From contig CAYVFG010000003.1 in the NCBI GenBank assembly GCA_964450915.1, positions 3,217 through 67,216 on the forward strand: a stretch of 64,000 bases of DNA, written 5' to 3'. Under the pieces are notes generated by a model. That model was not told the DNA's origin, made no database searches, and saw only the letters and a program-made list of their open reading frames with translations. The DNA comes from an uncultured Candidatus Saccharibacteria bacterium (GTDB taxonomy: Bacteria > Patescibacteriota > Andersenbacteria > UBA10190). A program made the translations under genes and the position numbers. Positions 18,776-27,292 of this stretch are shown piece after piece (the first letter of the stretch is position 1; every line of letters begins with the position of its first letter).

Positions 18776-19390
18776 ATGCGAATCGGTATTGATGCACATA
18801 TAATCGTGAAGAGTCATAGGCGCTACGATAAGCGCATTGCTCGCTATACGGAGCAATTAATTACTCATTTGATCGAATCCGATACGAAAAAGGAGCATAC
18901 GTGGGTGCTGTTTTTCGATAGTCGCCAGAAAACGACGAAGAAATTTGAGCGGGAAAACGTGGAAATCAAGCATTTCCCCTTCATTCAATATCGTCAGTAT
19001 TTGCCCGTTGTGTATTCTCATGCGCTCATTGCATCATATTTGACGGCTGCACGCCTTGACGTATTCCATTCCCCGGAAGGGCTTATTCCCTTTATGTACC
19101 CCGGGAAGATCATTACGACGTTTCATTATGTTCCTCGCGGAAAAGGAGAATCTGGAATTTTCTCGCAGACGTTCATGCTCGGAGCCCGCATGGCATTTGT
19201 GCAGTTATGCAGGCGCGCGCAACGAATTATCGTAAACAGCAATGCGGATAAAAAGATTTTGGCGGATACGCATAAGTATCCTGTGAAAAGCATTGTCGTG
19301 ATGGAGGAAGACGACTTGAATCAGGTTGATTGGGCAAGGCGAACACGCGAGTTGAAAAAACTATACGCCCAGGTTGGTGGAAAGAAGTAA
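18776..19390 (+). CDS. glycosyltransferase family 4 N-terminal-domain protein (catalytic C-terminal half absent; possibly truncated)
   Basis: 204 aa beginning MRIGIDAHII, typical of GT4 N-terminal Rossmann domains. No EX7E-containing C-terminal domain. Confidence 0.45.
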   Translation: MRIGIDAHIIVKSHRRYDKRIARYTEQLITHLIESDTKKEHTWVLFFDSRQKTTKKFERENVEIKHFPFIQYRQYLPVVYSHALIASYLTAARLDVFHSPEGLIPFMYPGKIITTFHYVPRGKGESGIFSQTFMLGARMAFVQLCRRAQRIIVNSNADKKILADTHKYPVKSIVVMEEDDLNQVDWARRTRELKKLYAQVGGKK

Positions 19391-19391
19391 T

Positions 19392-22307
19392 ATGATGCGC
19401 GAAGTACCATCGCATGTGGATAGTAATTCCCTTGAGCGGGATGTTTTGACGTATTGGGATGAAGAGCAGATTTTCAAGAAGTCATTGGATCAAAACAAAG
19501 ATAAAAAGCAGTTTACGTTTTATGATGGCCCGCCGTATGCAACGGGCAAGCCTCATTATGGGCATGTATTGCAGTCCGCAATTAAAGATACGGTATTAAG
19601 GTATAAGACAATGCACGGATACTACGCTCCTCGCAGAGTAGGGTGGGATACGCACGGATTGCCGATTGAAAATATTGTTGAAAAAGAATTGGAGATAAAA
19701 ACAAAAAAAGATATCGAAAAAGATATCGAGGGTTTTAATCAAAAGTGTAAAGAAACAGTATATCGATATGTAGATATATTTAGAGATACGCTCAAGCGAA
19801 TTGGGCGATGGGCAGATTATGGAAATGAATATTCTACGCTTGATCGTAATTACATGGAGTCGGAATGGTGGGTGTTTCAACAGATCTGGAATCAGGATTT
19901 AATATATAAATCATTCCGTTCAACGCCATATTGTATTCGTTGTGCAACTCCATTGTCGAACTTTGAGGTTGGTATGGCATATAAGGATACGCGAGATATG
20001 AGTGTGTATGTTGCCCTTCGACAGGCTCAGGGCAAATCAGAAGTGAAGCTTCTGATTTGGACTACAACTCCCTGGACGCTGCCTGCCAACGTCGCCGTTG
20101 CGTATAATCCCGAGATTTCTTATGTAGTCGCAAGAAAAGATGATAAAGAATATATTCTTGCAAAAGATCGCGTTGCGCATGTTCTTGGTGATGAGGCTCA
20201 AATTGTTCGTGATATCGCTGTAGATGAACTTGCGGCGTATACATACGAGCCGTTGTTTGCATCAAATACGAGCGATGAAGATAAAAGTAAATCTTTTCGA
20301 CTAGTCGCAAGCGATCATGTGTCTGCGCAGGATGGTACCGGCTTGGTGCATATGGCGCCTGCCTTCGGAGAAGAAGATTTTAATGTGGCAAAGAAGAATG
20401 ATTTGCCCATCGTTCGAAATATAGACATGCTAGGCAATTATAATGCGGATGTTCCGATGTGGGCGGGTAGGAATTTATTTGATGCTCAGAAAGATATCAT
20501 AAAAGAGTTAGATAAAAACGGCGCGCTATTTAAGCGCGAGCTTATTACGCATAGCTATCCATTCTGCTGGAGATGCGATACGCCGCTTATTTACATGGCG
20601 CTTGATTCTTGGTTTTTGAAAGTATCTCAGATTAAAGAAAAGATGCTGGAGAATAATCAGCAGATTACTTGGATCCCGGAGCACTTAAAAGAAGGGCGAT
20701 TTGCAAAAGGTATAGAATCTGCGCCTGATTGGGCAATTTCTCGTAATAGGTTCTGGAGTGTGCCGATGCCTATTTGGGAATGCTTAGAATGCGAGGATAG
20801 AGTTTGTATTGGTAGTGTTGCGGAATTGCAGGAAAAATCGGGAGCTACGGATGAGCAAGTTCAAGACATTCATCGCCCATACGTAGACGATATTACGTGG
20901 TCGTGCGAAAAATGTTCTGGCACGATGAAGCGTATTCCGGAAGTTCTCGACGTTTGGTTCGATTCCGGAAGTATGCCGTATGCCCAGTATCATTATCCGT
21001 TCGAGAATAAGGAAATGGTTGAGGCGGGGTATCCGGCAGATTTTATCGCGGAGAGCATTGAAATGACTCGCGCGTGGTTTTACGTGTTGCACGTACTTGC
21101 AACAGGGTTAACGCAAAAAAATATTGGACTTGGCACAGATAAGCCGGCGTTTGTAAATGCAATCGGTTCCGGAATTATTTTCGCAGAAGATGGGCGCAAG
21201 CTTTCGAAGAAATTAAAAAACTATCCGGAAATTGAACCGGTGCTCGAGCAGTATGGTGCTGATGTACTTCGATTTTATCTGTTATCCAGCAGCGCACTCG
21301 GCGAACCATATAAGTTTTCCGAGAAAGACATGCGCCAGGTGCAGCGCAACGTGTATCTTACGCTTTGGAATGTGTATAGCATGTTCACTCGGTATGCAAA
21401 GGTTCACGGATTCGTTGCTGGTGCAGACGATGCGAAGTCTGCAAACTCTCTTGATCAATGGATTCTTGCTCGTACGCATCAGCTTATTCAGCATGTTACT
21501 CAACATGCAAACGCATATCGAATCGACTATGCAGCTCGAGAATTTGTTACGTATATTGATGATTTGAGCAATTGGTATGTGAGGCGTTCGAGAACACGTT
21601 TGCAGCATCCGGAAAACGACCAAGAAAAACAAGAAGTATTCGGAACGCTTTACACTGTTCTTGTTCGAGTAAGCAAAGCGCTTGCGCCATTCATGCCGTT
21701 TGTTGCGGAGGAAATGTATCGAAACTTAACAGGGGAACAGTCGGTGCATTTGGTTTCGTGGCCATATAAAATTTCTGATATGCCAAAGCCGGGGGCAGAA
21801 GATTCTTATGACACGGCGATTCTTGATAGAACAAAGCATGTTCGAGAAACGATTTCCGAAGCTCTTGCTACTCGCGCCGTTGCGAAAATCAAAGTACGCC
21901 AACCGCTTGCGCTGCTTGAATTGCCTGCATCTGCAGAAGAATTTTTCCCGGAAGATTTGGAAATGATTAAAGAAGAGGTGAACGTAAAGGAAGTAAAGAT
22001 TTCCGCCATTGATGCAATGAAATTGGATACGGAAATTACGCCATCACTAAAACAGGAAGGCATTATTCGCGATCTGATCCGGTATGTTCAAGGATTGCGC
22101 AAGCAAGCAGGATATGCCCTTGATGATAAAATTACGGTTGGACTTAAAACGGATAACCAAGAAATTCTTGATGCTGTGTCGTCGTATAAAGAAATGCTCA
22201 CAACCGCTTTGCAGGCAACGGGTATTGTTGATGTGCTAGAAAACGCTGATGCAAGTGAGGAAGTGAACTTGAGCGGTGCAACTGCAATAATTTCGGTGAA
22301 GAAATAA
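19392..22307 (+). CDS. ileS: isoleucyl-tRNA synthetase, type 2 (eukaryote-like)
   Basis: FYDGPPYATGKPHYGHVL (HIGH), KLSKKLKN (KMSKS), CP1 editing insertion. Start taken at MMREV. Confidence 0.9.
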   Translation: MMREVPSHVDSNSLERDVLTYWDEEQIFKKSLDQNKDKKQFTFYDGPPYATGKPHYGHVLQSAIKDTVLRYKTMHGYYAPRRVGWDTHGLPIENIVEKELEIKTKKDIEKDIEGFNQKCKETVYRYVDIFRDTLKRIGRWADYGNEYSTLDRNYMESEWWVFQQIWNQDLIYKSFRSTPYCIRCATPLSNFEVGMAYKDTRDMSVYVALRQAQGKSEVKLLIWTTTPWTLPANVAVAYNPEISYVVARKDDKEYILAKDRVAHVLGDEAQIVRDIAVDELAAYTYEPLFASNTSDEDKSKSFRLVASDHVSAQDGTGLVHMAPAFGEEDFNVAKKNDLPIVRNIDMLGNYNADVPMWAGRNLFDAQKDIIKELDKNGALFKRELITHSYPFCWRCDTPLIYMALDSWFLKVSQIKEKMLENNQQITWIPEHLKEGRFAKGIESAPDWAISRNRFWSVPMPIWECLECEDRVCIGSVAELQEKSGATDEQVQDIHRPYVDDITWSCEKCSGTMKRIPEVLDVWFDSGSMPYAQYHYPFENKEMVEAGYPADFIAESIEMTRAWFYVLHVLATGLTQKNIGLGTDKPAFVNAIGSGIIFAEDGRKLSKKLKNYPEIEPVLEQYGADVLRFYLLSSSALGEPYKFSEKDMRQVQRNVYLTLWNVYSMFTRYAKVHGFVAGADDAKSANSLDQWILARTHQLIQHVTQHANAYRIDYAAREFVTYIDDLSNWYVRRSRTRLQHPENDQEKQEVFGTLYTVLVRVSKALAPFMPFVAEEMYRNLTGEQSVHLVSWPYKISDMPKPGAEDSYDTAILDRTKHVRETISEALATRAVAKIKVRQPLALLELPASAEEFFPEDLEMIKEEVNVKEVKISAIDAMKLDTEITPSLKQEGIIRDLIRYVQGLRKQAGYALDDKITVGLKTDNQEILDAVSSYKEMLTTALQATGIVDVLENADASEEVNLSGATAIISVKK

Positions 22308-22756
22308 AAAGAGCCCCGGTCGCACATTTCTTTTTCAAGATATGTGCGCCGAGGCGAAAAGGTCTTCATTGCATGTCACTAATAAATGATTGCGCGGTCC
22401 AGGCCTGTTTATATAGGCGTTCCTAACAGGGAGGTCAACTCGATGAGTGATTCCACTGAGGTTTCTGGAGAAGTTCAATCATTATTGCCGATCATGCGCC
22501 GAAGGGTTCTTGTCGTTGCGAGGGAGGTTGAGGGTCGCGCGTCATCGTCACGTAACCGTGGTGTCCGTGAAGAGTTATCGTGTTCCTCATAGGCTCTCCT
22601 TTCTATCGGTTGGTGAACCGTCGCAAGCCAGCTGGATCAAGAGGGATCCTCCTTGTGATGTTTTTCAACTAATCTGATCGCTGGAGCAATACAGGTTTCG
22701 TTAGCACAAACATCACTATGTAAATGTGCTAGTTACTACTATATTCTTCCCGTTAT

Positions 22757-22780
22757 TTTTGTCAAATTATTTTGACAAAA
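22757..22780. promoter_or_regulatory. 10-4-10 palindrome TTTTGTCAAA-ttat-TTTGACAAAA (operator-like; left half doubles as a -35 box)
   Basis: Perfect inverted repeat. The same palindrome recurs at 51521-51544. Confidence 0.5.
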
Positions 22781-22789
22781 ATAAAACAG

Positions 22790-23133
22790 CCTCCGGAAGT
22801 GTTGAAACACTTCACGGAGGACTGGGCGCAGGGCTCAAAGGGTGATCAGTCTCTCGTTGATCAAGCCTTCAAGCCGGGCGCAAACCCTTCCACAGCGTCA
22901 TCTTAGCGGGCCGCAGACTAAAAGTCATTGCCATAAGTGGTCGCTTTCCACGCATTCGCGATCGTGGAAGGGGTAGACACGCTGCTAATCGCAGCGTACC
23001 TAGGGGGGCTCAAGAGGATGCATCGGGGCTTCCTTTGGTGGTAGACGAATTCGGTCCGGCTTACTTCGACACGCAACCATTGCGCATCAGTCGCCGACGC
23101 CGATCAGGCCAGGGCTGCGGTCGGGGCTTTTTT
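22790..23133 (+). ncRNA. rnpB: candidate RNase P RNA (type A-like, reduced)
   Basis: No ORF. Promoter-like TTGTCA-17-TAAAAC upstream. P4-like complementary strands AAGCCGGGC (22880-22888) and CCGGCUUAC (23056-23064), the latter within ACGAAUUCGGUCCGGCUUAC, which resembles the conserved ACAGAAnCCGGCUUA. Multiple GC-rich hairpins. Ends in a GC hairpin plus T6 terminator (23094-23133). Confidence 0.35.
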
Positions 23134-23337
23134 CAAACAATAGAGGGGAGAAGCGCTGCAACTGAGCCGACTGGGATCCTTCATGATGCTCCTTTCGAGC
23201 CTTGGGTTGGTGTGCTGATGGGTTGCATCCGCACGAAGAACAAAACTGACTTTAGACATAGTAGCTTTATGTTCTATTTTTGTCAAATCTATTTATACTA
23301 AAATAATAAAAAATTGCTTAATTGAGCAAAAATAAAA

Positions 23338-23520
23338 CCCCTGCGGTTAATGTACTCGATTGAGTAGATTAAAAGAGGGGCGAATATGCCCGGAGCGACT
23401 AAGAGATTGCTCGCTTGGTCCCCCGGTACACGCTCTGCAAAAACGCGGGCCAACGCTGCAGAGCTAAGACTGATGGAAAGGTGCAACTAACTACCGCTAA
23501 CCTAGCAGAGAGTTGTTTTT
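23338..23520 (+). ncRNA. candidate structured sRNA (unknown family)
   Basis: Preceded by TTTTTGTCAAAT box and an A/T-rich promoter-like region. Hairpins CCCCU...AGGGG, GAGCG...CGCUC, GCUCUGCA...UGCAGAGC. Ends with a T7 run. No ORF. Confidence 0.25.
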
Positions 23521-23540
23521 TTGTCAATAGGGGTGGTATA

Positions 23541-24176
23541 ATGATTAGTATTATGCCTTCTTCTCGTACCGTTTCCGCGCTCGTATTTTCCCGAAAAAAC
23601 ATCGGGGAGGCGGACAGATTGATGACCTTTTTTACTCAAGAAGAAGGGCTTATAAAAGTTATTGCAAAGGGTGTGCGCAAAATTCCGTCTGCAAGGGGCG
23701 GGCACTTGGAGCCGTGTACGCAAGTGCTTGCAAATATTTCAGAAAGCAAAGCCGGATTATATATGGGGAACGTAGAGACTCAGGATTATTTCCATGCATT
23801 GCGAGGCGATGCTGATGCATTTGCGCGAGCGTGCAAACACATAACGGTGTTCCAGCGGTTATTTACAGAGCGCCAGGCGGTTCCGGAGTTATTCGATGCT
23901 TTAGTCGCTGGATGGCAATTATATCCATCGCTATCGCCAGAAAAAAGGATTGTGATGGATGCTGCAATTTCGTTGCAGATTATTCAGCATGCGGGAGTAA
24001 TGCCCGATATGCGATTATGGGCCGCTTCTTCCGCCAAAGATAAAACTCCTCTCGTTGTGAAATATTTGGCAGAACACCCTGATCATGCGCCGCGCATTGC
24101 GTTGTCTGAAAACGACGCTCGCGGAGTTGCTCGGGTAATGAACGACCTGCTCGCTCGAACAGTGGTATACTCATAG
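23541..24176 (+). CDS. recO: DNA repair protein RecO
   Basis: The N-terminus (ALVFSRKNIGEADRLMTFFTQEEGLIKVIAKGVRK) matches the RecO OB-fold. An extended -10 (TGGTATAAT) overlaps the ATG, so the transcript may be leaderless and the true start may be the second ATG at 23550. Confidence 0.8.
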   Translation: MISIMPSSRTVSALVFSRKNIGEADRLMTFFTQEEGLIKVIAKGVRKIPSARGGHLEPCTQVLANISESKAGLYMGNVETQDYFHALRGDADAFARACKHITVFQRLFTERQAVPELFDALVAGWQLYPSLSPEKRIVMDAAISLQIIQHAGVMPDMRLWAASSAKDKTPLVVKYLAEHPDHAPRIALSENDARGVARVMNDLLARTVVYS

Positions 24177-24179
24177 GAC

Positions 24180-26144
24180 ATGGCGGAAGAACCAGAAAAA
24201 GAAGTTCCAGTTCCTAAAGAAGAAGATAGCAATATTTCAATGTTGCGGAAGGATTTGTATGCTCGCGAGGAACCGGAAGAGCTAAAAAAACGGAGCAAGG
24301 AATTATTTACCCCGAAACAGCCAGTCGTCCTGCCCGAATCAAAAGTTGAAAGTCAGCCGGATTTGGTCGATGCAATGACGGGGAAAATGAAAAAAAGAAA
24401 ACAGATTCTTACCTGGGTTGGAATCGGCATTATCGGTATTATTATTTTTTCGTCTGCTATTGCGCTTACGATGTGGTATCGAGGAACTCAGCAGGTAAGT
24501 TCTTCCCAGATCGGCGTTGATATTACGGCTCCGTCGAATTTTATTGCGGGCGGAATTATGAAATACACCGTTACTGTTCGCAATAATAGCCATGTGGCAT
24601 GGGGCGCGGTGAATGTGCTGTTTACTCCATCGGCAGGATTTATTTATCAATCATCAACGCCGTCTGCTCAAGTAAGCGTTAAGGACATGACCGTAGCGCT
24701 TTCTGCTCTGCCTGCCGGACAAGCGGAAACATTCGAGGTTACGGGGCAATTACTAGGAGATCAGGGTACGACTGCGGGCGTATCTGCGCAAATTACGGTG
24801 AGCCCGGAAAAGTTCCCAAAGCAAACGATCAGCAATTCTGCAACGGCAAGCACGGTGCTCTCCGCCATCCCGCTCGATATTTCAGTTGAAGCTGCAAAGA
24901 CTGCTGCCGTAGGCGAGCGCATTGCGGCCATTATTCATATTAGAAACTTAGGAGATACGCCGATTGAAAATGCGCAATTAAAATTATCTCCCGATCCGGG
25001 GATGGACTTGGCTACAGAAGACAGCGGATTTTCTCCGGATTTTTCTGTATTGGATTCGTATTGGAATCTTCCGAAAATAAAACCTCTCGATCAAGTTGAT
25101 TTATACTCAGTGCTCTATGTGCAGGGAAATCCTGGTGATACGCGCACGCTGGGCATTGCTGTCAACAAGAGCCAAAACAATCAAACGTACACGCTGCGAA
25201 ATATTGCGCATGTGATTACGATTTCTACGTCGCAAGTTGCGGTAACGCAGACGTTTAATCAGAACGATCAGGGGACGCTTATTGTCAGTACCGGACAAAG
25301 CATTGACGGCGCAGTGAATTACAAAAATACCGGCACGACAGGGCTTACGGATGCCATTATGAAGGTGCATTTCGAAGGCCCGGGTCTCGACGTGTCTACG
25401 CTCAAGCTTCATTCAGGATCGTACGATCCGAAAACGAATACGATTACATGGACGGCGGCGTCTCTTCCGGAATTGCAGAGAATTTTGCCGGGGCAGGGCG
25501 GGCAGATTACCTATTCATTTAATATTTTGCCCTATATTCAATTTCCTCCGAGCGGTAAAAATCAGAAACTTATTGCAACGGCGTCGTTGGATAGCCCGGA
25601 TTTGCCAGCGCCTACCGGGCAGACCCGGCAGATAATTTCTGATCGATTTACGATGCCCATACAGACGGGAATTCTTCTCGCAACAGATGCGTTCTATGAT
25701 GATGGGCGATTAGGTATTCAGAGTACGGGGCCGCTTCCTCCTCAGGTAGGGCAGCAGACAACGTATACGCTCAGGACAAAAGTGGGCTCTACGCTTAATG
25801 ATGTTCAAAATAACCAAGTAACGATTATTCTTCCTGATGGGGTTACCTATACGAATCAAAGCTATAAATCATCCGGCACTATCGATTACAACCAGAGAAC
25901 TAATACAATCGTCTGGACGATCGATCCGTTGCGAGGACTAACGGGGCGATCGCTGCCGTTGGAAGAGTTAGATATGCAAGTTGCCATAACTCCAGGGGCA
26001 GATAAAAAAGGGCAAGAAGTTCAGCTTGCGCAGAGTGTCTCGGATTCAGGAAAAGATACGTTCACCGGCAATCAAGTAACGGTAAAAGTTACGGATATGC
26101 CTACAACCAGGACGGCTTCCCCTCAGAACGGGGATGTGCAATAA
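24180..26144 (+). CDS. membrane-anchored large surface protein with DUF11/CARDB-like repeated beta-sandwich segments
   Basis: 654 aa. Charged N-terminus, TM (ILTWVGIGIIGIIIFSSAIALTMW), repeated LPAG / TV.N.G motifs. Confidence 0.55.
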   Translation: MAEEPEKEVPVPKEEDSNISMLRKDLYAREEPEELKKRSKELFTPKQPVVLPESKVESQPDLVDAMTGKMKKRKQILTWVGIGIIGIIIFSSAIALTMWYRGTQQVSSSQIGVDITAPSNFIAGGIMKYTVTVRNNSHVAWGAVNVLFTPSAGFIYQSSTPSAQVSVKDMTVALSALPAGQAETFEVTGQLLGDQGTTAGVSAQITVSPEKFPKQTISNSATASTVLSAIPLDISVEAAKTAAVGERIAAIIHIRNLGDTPIENAQLKLSPDPGMDLATEDSGFSPDFSVLDSYWNLPKIKPLDQVDLYSVLYVQGNPGDTRTLGIAVNKSQNNQTYTLRNIAHVITISTSQVAVTQTFNQNDQGTLIVSTGQSIDGAVNYKNTGTTGLTDAIMKVHFEGPGLDVSTLKLHSGSYDPKTNTITWTAASLPELQRILPGQGGQITYSFNILPYIQFPPSGKNQKLIATASLDSPDLPAPTGQTRQIISDRFTMPIQTGILLATDAFYDDGRLGIQSTGPLPPQVGQQTTYTLRTKVGSTLNDVQNNQVTIILPDGVTYTNQSYKSSGTIDYNQRTNTIVWTIDPLRGLTGRSLPLEELDMQVAITPGADKKGQEVQLAQSVSDSGKDTFTGNQVTVKVTDMPTTRTASPQNGDVQ

Positions 26145-26151
26145 TGGGCGA

Positions 26152-27285
26152 ATGTTCAAATTTGAAGTACTAAAGAAGCTCGGCCGAGCTCGACTATCCG
26201 AACTTACGACCCCGCACGGAACTATTCCCGGGCCGTTTTTTCAATTTGTAGCTACTCAAGCTGCAATCCGCGGCCAAGTGATGAGCGAGGATATGGAAAA
26301 GCTTGGCGTAGATATTATGCTGGCGAATACGTATCATCTGCATTTGCGCCCTGGGGAAGACTTGATGGAAAAGGCTGGCGGCCTGCATACCTTTATGCAA
26401 TGGGATAAGCCGATAACAACGGATTCGGGTGGATATCAGGTATTCAGCCTAGGCGATCATGTAAAAATAGATGATGACGGCGTTACGTTTAAAGCGCCGT
26501 TAGATGGGAGTGTTCATCGATTTACTCCGGAATCCACGATGCAAGTGCAAGCGAAGCTGGGGCCGGACATCGTGATGCCGCTCGATGTATGTACGCCGTT
26601 TTCTGCATCAAAAGATGAAGTTGAAAAAGCGATTATTAAAACAACAGCGTGGGTAAAGCGATGTAAAGACGAGCAGGCGCGCCTGGCTTCTCCTCAAGCG
26701 TTATATGGAATAGTTCAAGGCGGGGTGTATCCGGATCTGCGAGAAAAGGCTGCAGGACTCCTGCGAGACATCGGATTTTTTGGATACAGTATTGGCGGGG
26801 AGCTCCAGGAAAAAGGAGAAAAAGAAATTAAGAAAATTGTAAATATTACAACAGCGCAATTGCCGGAAGATGCACCGAGATACCTCATGGGCTATGGAAA
26901 GCCGGAAGATATTGTTGAGGCGGTGCGATTAGGTGTCGATCAATTTGATTGCGTGCTGCCGATCCGCAACGCGCGCCATGGGCAAATTTTCTTAGATTTA
27001 AATATCGAGGAACTTAAAAAGGCATTGGTTGATCCTGAATACAGTATCGATCCGAAAAAATTATACAAATCCATTGACATTACAAAGGCAGTCTTTGCGG
27101 ATGATTTGTCCGTATTTAATACAAACGATACCGATATAACGCGTCCGTATTCAAAAGCATATGTCCATCATTTAATGCGTGCCGAGCAGCCCTCAGGAAT
27201 GCGGCTGGCAGTTATGGCAAACGTGGCATTCTACGTGAACTTGATGAAGCAAATTCGAGGAATTATTGAGCAAGAAGGGGTATAA
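26152..27285 (+). CDS. tgt: queuine tRNA-ribosyltransferase
   Basis: LANTYHLHLRPG, DSGGYQV, LMGYGKPEDIVEAVRLGVDQFDCVLPIRNARHG. The C-terminal Zn-binding CxCxxC appears replaced by TNDTDIT. Confidence 0.85.
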   Translation: MFKFEVLKKLGRARLSELTTPHGTIPGPFFQFVATQAAIRGQVMSEDMEKLGVDIMLANTYHLHLRPGEDLMEKAGGLHTFMQWDKPITTDSGGYQVFSLGDHVKIDDDGVTFKAPLDGSVHRFTPESTMQVQAKLGPDIVMPLDVCTPFSASKDEVEKAIIKTTAWVKRCKDEQARLASPQALYGIVQGGVYPDLREKAAGLLRDIGFFGYSIGGELQEKGEKEIKKIVNITTAQLPEDAPRYLMGYGKPEDIVEAVRLGVDQFDCVLPIRNARHGQIFLDLNIEELKKALVDPEYSIDPKKLYKSIDITKAVFADDLSVFNTNDTDITRPYSKAYVHHLMRAEQPSGMRLAVMANVAFYVNLMKQIRGIIEQEGV

Positions 27286-27292
27286 TAGCTTC

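Noticed and set aside
22317-22352. Hairpin GCGCACAT...ATGTGCGC after ileS as a terminator
   Set aside because: The stem is plausible, but the T-run lies inside the loop rather than 3' of the stem, so it is not a convincing intrinsic terminator.
22380-23150. tmRNA (ssrA) as the identity of the GC-rich non-coding RNA
   Set aside because: No tRNA-like 3' end (no GGUUCGAnUCC T-arm, no CCA-proximal acceptor pairing with a 5' GGGG). No recognisable tag reading frame ending in AA-stop.
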